DNA of 64,000 nucleotides, taken from contig NC_045697.1 in the NCBI RefSeq assembly GCF_009834535.1, forward strand, positions 89,716,001-89,780,000, in the 5' to 3' direction. This stretch comes from Camelus ferus. Its lineage: Eukaryota. A program made the position numbers and the translations under genes. Below, in pieces: positions 26,016 to 38,121 of the stretch (positions are counted from its first letter, which is position 1; every line of letters begins with the position of its first letter). Under the pieces are notes generated by a model. It was given only the letters and a program-made list of their open reading frames with translations, made no database searches and was not told where the DNA came from.

Positions 26016-28428
26016 TTTTAACCATATATAACCTCCCAAAGAGATATCAAAATTATGCTTTCACCCACATTTATGCAATTCTCTGTCTTTCAAACAAGAT
26101 ATGCTAACACTTAGGCAAAGGAGACACAGAGTCTCACTTTATCCATCTGTGAGTAAGATCATTCTAGCTCAGTCACACTCCTCTGACATTCTGTAACTCA
26201 AATACTGAGATACAAGGTTAACTGCTCTTAACATATCTTCTGTAGACAGTGGAGGAATAAGAAATAAAAAAAAAAAGAACTGGATAATACTCACATATAT
26301 GCATTCATATCAAAGCAAAGAAAAATATAAACTACAGCAGTATTTTTACCTACTATTCAGGGAGTCAGAGCAGCTATTTAAAGCACTCTTCTTCCCTTTG
26401 CCCTCACCAAGCACTTCATCGTGGTTCACTGCTTGGTGCATCCATCCAAACCATCATTCCTGAGAAGTCTGTGCCAGTGACAGTCTTGTATTTTTTTTTC
26501 CCCACTAAAATTTATCACAGGATATGGATGCACTAGGAGGTCCCCCAGAAGGTCCCTTACATTCCAGACATACTCTCCCCATCATCAGGAATTAAATGGG
26601 ATACATTAACAACTCATTTTAACCTTGATAGGATCACTTCTTCCAGAAAGTAACTTCCTCTTTTGTCTAACAGTTCAGGGGCACGATAAACCCAAAGTAG
26701 CTGGGTGAGAGTTTCAACTTCTAATTTAGTGGAACCATTGCTTTGTCTCTTTGTGAATGCAGTCCTCCCTCGAAAACTAAGACCTACAAACTAGCAGAGC
26801 CAAAAGGTACAGACCAGGAAGTAAAACTTTTATTATAGAATCTTTAGGGGTAACTGTGAGAGAAGTACCCTATTTGCCACACCATGCTCCCTGAACCCAT
26901 GAACCCTGGCTATAAAAAAAAAAGACTGCCATATTTTGGTTGCTTATTCAAAGGATATGCCATATTTTAAAGAATATTATTCCAACCAGCCAAAGTATTG
27001 CTTTTCGCCTGAAGTCACTATACACAAGTCTTCAAAAGGCCATTAAACAATTCCATCAGTCCAGCTGCTTTAAGTTATGAGGACCATAAACCAGTGAACT
27101 GCAGGAGCATGAGCCCATTTCTAAAATTCATTTGCTTTTAAGTCTCCGTGGTCAGAGCACTGCTCTGTGGATTACCATGATGATAAACAAGACATTCTGT
27201 AAGTCCATAACTGGTCATTTTGTTAAAAGTACCATCAGAAGGAATGGTATGTTCATATCCACAGCAATTGTCTATTTTAGTGAGAACAAAGCACTTTGTC
27301 CCTTTCACCATAAAGGTGTTCCAGCGTCATCAACCTGCTATATCACAGAGACAGTGTTGGACTCTTCTGCTGGCAAATGAGCACTCACAATGTCCAGTTT
27401 ATTTTTCTGGCCTTGTTGGGTGAAAATCCAGGTTCCTAAGCCCTGTGATAAGTTCAAGTAATAAGCTTGCTTCATAACACTATTTAGCAAGAACAAGATG
27501 GGCTGAAGCAAGAGGCAGACTGACATCCATGGAACAGGTCATCCTAACCACCTGATTACTAAGAGTCTCTGCAGCTGAGCTTGCTGTCTGGTGCGTATTT
27601 TGTTTAATGGAATAAAAATACTTTAACACTCTGTCTAAAGAAGACCATCCACAGTCGTCCTCTTCACCCTACTTCGTCACCAATTTTCAAAACTGTGTTC
27701 TTCTATGTCTCTAAGCATCCAGTCAAATCACTATCTACTGATAATAAAGCACTGAAAATCTCTATCTCTGGCATTCTCTCATTACAGATAAAATAAGAGA
27801 TGCATTCCTCCAAGCCCTACCACTTTGAGAATTTTCTTTCACCACTTCTTTCAGGACCACCCTTGAGGCCATAGTGCTCAATACACAAAATTTATCCAAT
27901 TTAGAGTAGAGCAAGCATAACCACACAGAACCACCACTAAACCACGACAATAATTTTTTTCTTTCACAGCCAATTAGTCATAGAGAACTTGCGATGAACC
28001 TATAGCTATGCACTGAAAGGCAGGAGACAGTGAAGCAGGGGGAGAGATGGTGGGGAACAAGGGAGGGAACACACTTGCTCACACGACATCAAGGCTTCAG
28101 GTTCTGCTCAAGCCCAGTCTCATATATGCCACCCACAGGCACAGCCAACTGCCTGGCTCTGTGGGTCAAACCACAGGCATGTCAAGAGTCTTTTGATCTC
28201 ACAGGAACTCGGTGGTCCATGCTTAAGCGTTCAGCTTCTACTAAAGCCCAGTAGTAAGAGATCTTGGTAGGGGGTTGTTTATTTGTTTTTGTATTTTTCC
28301 TCTTAAAAGGTGAATAGCACCTACAGAGGATGGCATTGTCTTTGCTATATCTGACATAGAGGTGTCAACCAAGGGCTCCACACGGCATCTCCATCAGTCA
28401 CTGATACCGCAAGCACAAGTGTATCTGT
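26016..28428 (-). mobile_element. ERVL (class III) internal remnant: RT connection, RNase H, integrase, downstream region
   Basis: Minus-strand translations: KAAGLMELFNGLLK (~27030-27071; cf. integrase EAAGLIERWNGLLK), CFVLTKIDNCCGY (~27255-27295; cf. FVLTGIDTYSGY), TLVLAVSVTDGDAVWSPW (~28371-28424; cf. PMVLEVSVADRDAVWSLW); many stops and frameshifts. Confidence 0.85.
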
Positions 28429-28439
28429 TAAAAAAGTAC

Positions 28440-28710
28440 ATAAACAGAGTCTCATTGATTAGAGATCCCAGGAAGAGAGGAGAGAGAGAACAGAACAGAA
28501 ACAAAATTTTTTTGAATAAATAAGGACTAAAACTTTCAGAATTTGGAGAAAGACATAAATTTACAGATTCAAGATGCTCAGTGACCACCAAACTGAATAA
28601 AATTTTTTAAAAATTAGAGAAAAAAACATGCTAAGGGACATTGTAGATAGCTAAAAAAAAAAAAAAAAAATTTACATCTTTACATACTTACAAGCGACAG
28701 TTCAAATGAC
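28440..28710 (+). mobile_element. Old LINE-1 ORF1 fragment
   Basis: aaaactttcagaatttggagaaagacataaatttacagattcaagatgctcag (ENFPNL..DINLQIQEAQ-like). Confidence 0.7.
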
Positions 28711-28876
28711 TAAAGCCTCTTGCCTTCTAGCAATCCCTCCGGCTTCTGACATACTGGGGTCTGAGGTATCAGAAATGAAGTCTTGCTAGCTGACAAGCCC
28801 TTTCAAGTGCACAGAATTTCCGGTCCATTGTTCACTGCCTTTCTCGTAAAGAACAATGAATGTACTTCCTATATAT

Positions 28877-28955
28877 AAGACATTGACTTTCCTTAAATAT
28901 TTGTAAAAGGATTATAAATATTTATTTGTAAATATTTAAGGAAAGTCAATGTCTT
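28877..28955. repeat. Perfect 26-bp inverted repeat with 27-nt spacer
   Basis: aagacattgactttccttaaatattt (28877-28902) is the exact reverse complement of aaatatttaaggaaagtcaatgtctt (28930-28955). Confidence 0.97.
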
Positions 28956-29380
28956 GAGCCTTGGCTTCCCTAGAAACAAAATCTGAAAACCGAGATTATG
29001 CACAAGTGATTTTTAGGAAGTGATAAGAAAGTCCATACAGGAATAAGGAAAACAGGATAGGAAAGGGTAAAGAGCTAGGTACACATGCTTTCTCAGGAAA
29101 GATTAGCTTTACGAGTATAACATGGGGGCCTTGGAGAGTAAATTGCACTGCAGAACTGTCCCTGCATCTTATAACCCTTGTATCAGTCGTTAATTTTCTG
29201 CAGTTTGCTCACGGAAGAAATGCGATTTTCCAGGCAAGGTAGCTGAGGGCAATTCTCCCAAAGAGAAGGCAAACATGAGCTGTGAACTGTTAGCAGCCAA
29301 CATAATCATCAACTAGAGAATAGTAAAAAATTTAGTCTAGTAGAGAATGACCTGATAGGGTACAAATCACATTTACTACA
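28950..29380 (-). mobile_element. LTR33-like (ERVL) solo LTR
   Basis: tgtctt...ttccctagaaacaaaatctga...gggcaattctccc...ctgttagcagccaaca...catttactaca; TG...CA ends. Confidence 0.65.
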
Positions 29381-29599
29381 GACAACAACATGAAAGAAAA
29401 ATATCGAGACAAAAATTTTAGATTTACTGCTGACTGGATGAGAGATAACTGAGGAAAAAAGAGAACTTGGATACGTCTACTAATTATTCATCTTCAAAAG
29501 ATCTGAGATTTTTCTTTAAAATAGCATTCTGCTTTTGTTTAACTAACTGAAAAAAGATTACTTACCAATAATCATTATAAACTCAGTGTGGTGGCAGGG

Positions 29600-30420
29600 T
29601 GGTGTGGGGGGAATAAATAAATAAGACAAAAAATAACTAAGTCCCTAGAAAGTCACCAAAGGCACACTGGCATTAAACAGAATACAGCAACTCAAAGGAA
29701 TAGTAGGTAAGGTCAACATCTAACCAGATTTTTCCCAGAGGGCATTATCAGTTATCCAGTTCAAGTCCCAAGCTGACAAATGGCAACCTTAAAGAGCTAA
29801 GCCTTCAGAAGTCAGAGTTCTAAACTGCCTGGAGGCTAGAGGGAATCACAGTTGAGGAGAGCCCCAAATTCCCCGTGTAAATTTCACTCAAATCCTCCGG
29901 TGATTTCCAAAATGCTTGTGTGTAAGACAAGAATCCAAGAAAATTCACAGAAAGCAATATTTGGAAGGTTAACTATCTTGAGTAGAAAATGTAAAAACCA
30001 CAAGGAAGACATCACTTGGAGGCCTGCTGAGTTAGAGTGGCTTACGAAGCACATCACATTTTCCACTGAAACTCTAGAATGGCTATGCCCCAGGAACAAA
30101 ACTCATACTTAATGGCCAAGATATATGATCTAGGATTAAGGTCACAACTACCTCAAAAATGCTGAAAACCAAACCTCCAGAAGATCCTGGTAATCCACTC
30201 ATTTCCATTCCTTGTTTGGGCAAAACTAAATACTATGTAGAGGGAAGATAAATTCAAGAGTTTCTATAATGTATACCCTACAATGCCTGGTTTATAAAAT
30301 AAAATTTAATACACACATCAAATAGCAAAACATATGAATCATAATCAAGAGAAAAACCAGACAACTTAAGTGGATCCACAGACCAATCTGTCACTCAGCA
30401 ATTAAAAATAACTTCGTAAA
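29600..30420 (+). mobile_element. Probable old LINE-1 5' region fragment
   Basis: aaataaaatttaatacacacatcaaatagcaaaacatatgaatcataatcaagagaaaaaccagacaa resembles the L1M 5'UTR/ORF1 start. Confidence 0.45.
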
Positions 30421-30432
30421 CATGAGACAAAG

Positions 30433-30436
<4 letters not shown>

Positions 30437-30467
<31 letters not shown>
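30437..30467. repeat. (CA)15 microsatellite
   Basis: Direct reading. Confidence 0.95.
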
Positions 30468-30469
<2 letters not shown>

Positions 30470-31099
30470 GGTCATTATAATGGGTTAAATAAGAGGTAAT
30501 GTTAAAGTAGGTATAAACAATTACCTTCCCTGACAAAACAAACAATAACAACAACAAAAACAGAACAAAACCAAACTAAACCACACACAAAAACTTGCCA
30601 GTTTAACTTTTGGAGAAAACGCCACCACAATTTTAAGATAAACTCGAGTATGCTCTATCCAGCCTCTAGGGAAAGCAGCCCAAGCTCTTTCATGAGAGTT
30701 CTAGATTTCCTGCTCTGCTTGCTTTTCACAAAGGTTCAATCTTAAGTACTATTTATGTTACAATATCGTATTAGTCAGATTCCAAAACCAGCTACAGCAC
30801 AAAGGATGGTCTGCTGTAACTTCCAGAAATGTGCAAAATATGTTCAAGGGAATGCAAAAAAAAAAAAAAAAAACAAAAAAACATGAAATCTGGTATTTTC
30901 CAATTTCCATTCTACAAAACAAGATACTCCACACAATTAATAATGTAAAACATATTAATAACAACAGCTGGTACTGAGACCAATCTGCCATGTGCTCACG
31001 GTGATTTGCTCTAAGTACTGAGTTTTAGCAACCCCATGGAATGATTCCCACTGTTTTATGCTTCATTTTAAAAACAGCATAATAATACCATGGCATTCT

Positions 31100-32200
31100 G
31101 GCAATTATTCCTTCAGAAATATCATCCATAATAAGAAGATTGTCAAGATAAATATAAACAAAACACTAAGTGCACTAATAAAACAGATTTAAAAGGAACA
31201 TGGATAGTTGATTAATAAATAAAACTAAATATCAGGCTTATTTACTAGCAATTGCCACAGTAAAAATATTGAAAAAATCAAGTGTTAGCAATAGCAAGCA
31301 TTTATCTTCTATTTAGATATAAACTTCATGAGAATTGTGTTAGAACAAAGAAAGTTACACATTCTAATGGAAAAAATGTAAATAAATTGTTTGTAAAGGA
31401 AGAGGCATACTCTGCCCCAGCTGGAAATATTAAGTGCTATAGAAATACCTGTTCTCATCCAGTTAATTTATCAATTTAACATATTTTAAATTAAAATCCC
31501 AATAGAATCTTAAAGGACTTACATAATACTTAAATTCAGGAGATGTAAGAAGGCGAGAATATTAAATTTCATTCTGTACATGAATAAACTGTGTTACGTT
31601 AGATAAAAAGGAGATACGAATGACGAGAGGTGACCTACCTCGTATCATGACCTACTTTAAATATTTAAAACCAAATCATACCATGTCAATAGGGAAATAA
31701 AGACGAATAAGTTTGTGAGTGTAAATACATATACAATTTTTTCATAGTATTTTACCAAATCATGAGTCAATTTTGAAAGAAAAGAATAAACTGCAAGAGT
31801 CAAAATTAATAAATCCCATTAAAAACTCCTGATAGCGATGTAAGGGGAGAAACATCTATGTTAAACTATAAAGACTTGTAAGGAAGAGATGAATTTTAAA
31901 AAGTTAAAAACTCAAATGACCAAAGAAAAGAAATTCTAGTATTTCTTACCTTGCTGAAGAAACAAAATTTCTCGGTTTATGAAGCCGAATAAAACAAAAA
32001 TAATTGATTGAAGAACATTCAATGTATATTTTTGACTTCCTTAAAAAAGAAAAAAAGAACATGTTAGCTATGCCACAGCCTCGGGAGGATATATATGCAT
32101 TATGTAATTGACATGAGGTATACATGCATACATTAGTATGTAAATACGTTTATTAATTTGTTAATAGTTTATTAATATAAACCATTCAGGAAGAAAGTAA
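31100..32200 (+). mobile_element. Highly degraded LINE-1 ORF2 remnants
   Basis: A-rich with faint ORF2 motifs (aaaatcccaatagaat, gacctacctc...actttaaa, gccacagcctcgggaggatatatatgca). Confidence 0.4.
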
Positions 32201-34559
32201 CAGTAAACATCTTATTGCACAACTTTTCAAAGACAAAATATTAAATATTAAAATAAAGGCTTTTTGAAAGAATATTCTTATTTGTAACTATTAGACTATT
32301 TTTGAATGTCTATTTTTCCATTTAAAAGTTTTCAGATTCCTCTATGAGATATACTACTGAGATAATAATGAGCAGATGGCTTGATAAAGCTAGCCAAACC
32401 TTAGTCTAAGTTAAATGCTATGTGTGCATGAATTTTTACAAAATGATTAGATGAGTTATGAGAGGTCAATATTGAAATGAAAGTGGAAAAGCATTTCTAA
32501 ATCTAAATAGGTCCATGATATATAAGAATCAAGCTGAAGTATGACAGTGAGTGCAACATCTCAGTATTTCCATGCTTTACTTTATAAAGCATAATTATTG
32601 TGAAATTGTGAAGTGTGCAAAATGTTGAGTATCACAATATATCTTTAATTCCAAAAACGTAGATATGGTTTATAAACAGTTCTCTGCTAAGATAACTATG
32701 GAGGACTTTAAATTCTATCTTTCTAAAGTAGATGAATTAATGTTACTATGGGAATTTTAACTTTGGAATTTCCTGACTCTTGCATGCTTAATTTCTCTCT
32801 GTTAACGTTCCAATACCAGATCTGAATGACTGCACACCATGGATATTTCTGTCTGCTCAAGATGTTTCTATGATGCAACATTTAACCTTTAAAAAAATAT
32901 TTGAGAGTGCAGATCTGAAAAGTCAGAAACAATGAGAGTTAAGTTCTGTTGATTAGCAGCAAATCTCCTTATTAATAGTTGGATGAGAAGGTGGAAAGGA
33001 ATAAATGACTACAGCAGTGACAGAAGGTGGAGATATGACAGAAAATTAATGATTATACATGTAAAATGTGTGAAAAAAAAAAAAAACTCAGACTGTGAAG
33101 GAAATGTCCAAATGATCCAACTTAATAATCAATATCTGAGATAAAAACAGAGAACATTATTCTAATAAGCTTTCACTGACTTAAACACAACAAAGCAAAA
33201 AGCACTTTTGAGATCATTTATATGCACATAAAGGTAAGTGCCAGAATGAGGTCTGATGCTGATGGTTAGTACCCAGGAGAGATTTTGGAATGTCAGTGTC
33301 CCTACCTCACAAAAGATCTGGCATAAGCAACAACCTGTGAAGGCGCTTTCCTGTGTACACATACGGCTGGTTTTCTGCTTAATCATTTAAACCAGGAAAG
33401 TGGTAGAAAGGTATCATTATGGTTTGTCGTATTTATAACAAAATCTCATGTCTGGAGACTATGGTGGCTAGCTGGAAACATTACATTTTTAACCACTGGG
33501 GCTCATAAGAGTTTTCCTTCACCCTGATCAGGCCCTTGGAGGGATCCTAGGACAATTGTACATGACAGACACCATTTATAGTGTTTGATGATACCAGTGG
33601 GGGCTCCCTGATGCTTACTTGGCCAACTCCTTCTCTTAGTGGGCACCATTTCTCCTTCCATCCAGTCCTGTACACTCAATACATATACGTAATTCCTCTC
33701 TCTTTCCCAATCATCATTCACCGAGGGAGAAAAGTTGAATAGGTATCTCAAAGCAAGGAACATGTGTTAGGATTCAAGATCCCAAAGTTTGTGGTGTGAT
33801 AAGAAAATGTTCATTCCTAAAAATTATTCATGAAGTTTTAAATACTTTTTATTTTTACTTTTCATCCAGCCTGTTTCCTGACTTTAATATACGGAGAGTT
33901 GAATTGAATTGTTAATGAAAAATAAAGAAGTGTTTGTGTGCGTGCGCTGTATTACAGTGAATTAAAATGAGGTTTTAAATGCTGAAAAACGCTTGACCAT
34001 AAGTTCTAACAAGTAACTTTAGAATCTGTTCTGTTCAAGTGGAATAGATAACTGCTGAGTTTATCACCAAACCTGCCCTAATAACCAAAAGAGAAGTGCC
34101 TTGATTAAAAAATATTTTAGTCATGACTGCCATATAAATATTTATTGAAGAGCCATTAGGCTCACAAAATAGAAATACAGACTGACATCCTTTGCTGCTA
34201 TTGACTTAAAATAATCTAGGGAAAAGCTACAGCAGGCGTTAACACACATCGGTAACTGAATGTCTGTTTACTCTGTCTAAACACAACAGTGAAGGAGGCG
34301 ATGAGTGCTTGTCATGTCCCCTCGCTGCTGTTCTGGAAAGTTACCTCTCCCTTCAGATATGACAGATGCCCACTTGCCTAGTGATTTGCTCTTTTGCTCA
34401 GAGGCCGAGCCTTCCCTGTTTGCTTCTGCAGCACAGTGGCACGTGCTTTTGGACTCTGTACTGCTCCCGTCTCCTCTCATCATACTCATATAATTAAATA
34501 TTAATCGTATATTCTACCCTTTATTTCAATTACTGAGACATATTGGGAAATTTGAAAAA

Positions 34560-35345
34560 AAATCAATCATTATTCCTAGAATTTTAAGTTCGGTGGAAGA
34601 GGAAATATATGTATGCAAATAACTATAACAAATTAGAAAATGAGATGAAAGACACTGCTAAAAACTGAAGGACAAGGAAGTACCAGCAAACCAGAGATAA
34701 TAAAAGATGTGCTAAAAGCAAAGAAAGCAAAATTAAAATATGGAGGCAGAAAGATTCAAGATATACATGGGGAATATCAGTTAGGTTGGTCTAGAAAGGT
34801 GGTTGAGGGTAAGTAGTCAAAGTGTGTCCATTAGAGTACTCTGGTTTAAAATCATGAAAGGCCCTGAATACTACTGTGAAGAATGTAGGCGTCTTCTATC
34901 GGCAAAGATAGGCAAGAGTTTGGGAGCAAGGGGTAGACACGATTAAATTCATAATTTAGTAAGACTATTCTGGAAAACAGTGGTAATTAACTTGAATATA
35001 TAAACAAAATAATTGCTATTAAAATATTTTATAACAATTTTGGTAACAGCTAAAATGAACATCTGAACTAAGCTACTAATGTTAGAAAAGAAAAGTGTGA
35101 GATGAATGTGAGAAAAATTCAAAAGGCAAATTTAAAGACAGAAACACAGGAGAGTTCAATGACCTTCAGAGTACCCCATTAACTCCCTGTGTGACTTAGC
35201 ATAAAACCTACGAGGGCAGGACAATATGGGGTTTTATTTTATATTTTATTACTTGTTTGTATATTGTTGTGTGATTCCCCACTACCTAGAAGAGCACCTG
35301 ACACATAGTAGGTAATCAACAAAAAACCATGCAATAAATTAATCT
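34560..35345. mobile_element. L2 fragments (minus, then plus 3' end)
   Basis: catgaaaggccctgaatact...gagttttgggagcaagggg; ccccactacctagaagagcacctgacacatagtaggtaatcaacaaa. Confidence 0.6.
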
Positions 35346-37104
35346 AAATCATCTTGTTATCAATGAAGGATACTAAAAAATAACTAGGTCTTTTTCAGAC
35401 ACAGAATGTTATTAATTATAACCTAATTTTCAAATCTTTAGTCAAATGATTCAAATAAATTACTGTCCAAAAAAGGTGATATTGAGAGCAAGTACAAGGC
35501 ACTATTTTCATCACCATGACACAAAAATAGATAATTTATCCATTTTTTTCTTGTTCTTTAATCTATAGGAAATTTACATTCTATTTGGAGATTAATAAAA
35601 CATTTTTACTTAAAGTAGTTTATAAAGTAGAAATGTTAAGGATAAATATTAGTAAGTATTTGAAGAAACACATCATAAGTTCCATGAGGCAGACAGTTCA
35701 AGTTAGAGTGTTTGAATCAAGGAGTCGTAGCTAAGTTTCTTTACTTCCATAGTCTCCAGGACACATTTCCCTAATGGTGATCATAAACCAACCTTCTTCC
35801 CAAAACAAAACCTGAGGGAAGTCATACTTATGACACTATTTTCCTTCTGCTTTAATTATCATTTTATTAAAGCTTTTATTTAACCTTGAGTGGTTATAAG
35901 AAATTTAAGAGACAAATTTCAAAGGAGTTATAAAAAAATTTCAAAAGTTAATCTCTTGGATTAGTGTGGAGGGTAAGAAAAAAGGCAGCACTGGAAACCC
36001 AGTTTTTGTATACCCCCACAAAAGTCAACGACTGGATTGATACCCATAAACAAAAACAGCTCCAAAAGACCTCTAGAGTCCACTTAGGAAAGTTTAGCAA
36101 CACTTTAGAGCAAAACAACAACAACAAGCAAACAAAACCTGGGAAAAACGACAGAAGAGGTAAGAAGAGAAGGAAGACAACTTCATTTTGCCTGCATCAT
36201 CCCATCCCCCAAGCGGGCTTGTTTAGCACCAAAAAGGAACTTCCTAGCTCGGAGCTCCTCTCACCAGGGAAGGAAGAATGGAAAGAATGACAGGCTTCTC
36301 CACCCCCGTGGGGCACTGCACAAGGACCCATTTTGGTTTCACCTCACACAGACTGGCACAGCTGAGACACACTGAGCCAGCTTGGAACAGGAAAAAAGGC
36401 AGAGCCTATTTTTATTATTAGCAAACGTGAAACAGGAGTGATCACAGTTCACGGAGACCAGCTCTGTAACAAACTCAGCAGATTCTGGCAGCGATGAAGC
36501 CAACAGCCAGGACCGCTGCCACGGACCTCCTATAAATCTGGCCAGCTTTCCCCGACGCAGGTATTTGCCATCACTGACACCAGCTGCTTGCATGTCCCCC
36601 GACCCCCACCAAAGCCAGGAAGCCCCGCTTGCAGCCAGCTCAGGCTTCTGCAGTTGTGCAAGTGCAAGACCCCAGCCTGGGCCACCGGGGCTGACTCCCA
36701 CCACTGTGCCCATGCTTGCAGCTAACCTCTCCAGCTACGCAGCTGCGGGCTACTGGCCTGACGCCCTCCATGGGAGGCTGCTGCAGCACACACACGCACA
36801 CGGGGAGAGAGTGCAGCCGTGGGTGAGCACATCACTAGCTGGGGCCCCCACGGCTGCTTGCAGGCCAGATCAGACCCCACCTTCTGTTACTGGCCAGCAC
36901 CATCACAACAATCTGAGACTAGCCCCTCTAGTGGTGCACAACCTGCTGCAGTGCGCACACTGGGTAAGCATACACAGTCACAGGAGAGCACGCTGACAGC
37001 CAGGGCCTCTGTAGCTGCTAATGCACCCATGGCTGGCCACTGCCCTTGACACCTGCCCTGGCTCTCATCACTATGGGTATGTCTGCAGATGGCTCCCGAG
37101 GTAG

Positions 37105-37685
37105 TCAAAGGAGCAGAAAGAGAAAAGAATGAAAAGGAATGAAGAGAGCCTAGGGAACTTACGGGACACCATGAAAAAATATAATGTAACCATCATTGGA
37201 GTTCCAGAAGGAAAAGAAAGGGAGAAAGGAACAGAAAAAAATAATGGCTAAGAACTTCCCAAATCTGGGAAGAGATTTAGATATCTAAATTCATGAAGCT
37301 TATAGTTCACCTCAAAATTTCAATCCATAATGATCTTCTCCAAAGTACATAATAATGAAATGACTAAAAACAAAGACAAAGAGAGAATTTTAAAAGCAGC
37401 AAGAAAACAAATCTCTCACACAAGGGAGTACCCATAAGGCTATCAGTCGATTTCTCAGCAGAGGCTATGTAGCCCAGGAGAGAATGGGATAAGACAGTTA
37501 AAGTGTTACAAGACAGTGCCAACCAAGGATACTTTACACAGCAAAGCTGTCCTTCAGAATTGAAAGTGAAATAAAAATGTTCCCTAAAAAACAAAAGCTA
37601 AGGGAATCCATTACCACTAACCCTACCTTTTCTGAAATGCTGAAAGGAGTTCTTTGAGCTGAAGTAACAAGATGCAATTTAGTAA
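37105..37685 (+). pseudogene. L1 ORF1 remnant (end of coiled coil, RRM, CTD)
   Basis: aagaatgaaaaggaatgaagagagcctagggaactt, attggagttccagaagga (IGVPEG), cccataaggctatcagtcgatttctcagcagag (PIRLSVDFSAE). Confidence 0.85.
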
Positions 37686-38121
37686 TACGAAAATATACAA
37701 CACACTGGTAAAGAAAGCATAAAGTCATGATATGTTTACTACTTAACTCTAGTATAAAGGTTAAAGGACAAAAGTATCAAAAATAGCTCCAACAATTTGT
37801 TAAATGATACACAATATAAAAAGATGTAAATGGTGACATAAGAAATACAAAATTGGAGGGGTAAAAGGATAGACTTTTTTTGATAAGTGATAGATGTTAA
37901 ATTGCTAACAGCATAAACAGACTGTTTTATTTATTTATATATAAATATATATGTAATGTAAACCTCATGGGAACCACAATGCAAAAATTTACCAAAAATA
38001 TACAAAAAAACAGAGAAAGGAATCAAAGCATACTCTATAACAAAAAGATCAGTTAACAAAAGAGGGCAGCAAGAAAAGAAGGAAAGAAAATGGAACTACG
38101 TAACAGCCAGAAAGAAGTAAT

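Noticed and set aside
35964..37108. Overlapping 73-143 aa ORFs on both strands
   Set aside because: They lie in the GC-rich L1 5'UTR, where stop codons are rare; no recognisable protein.
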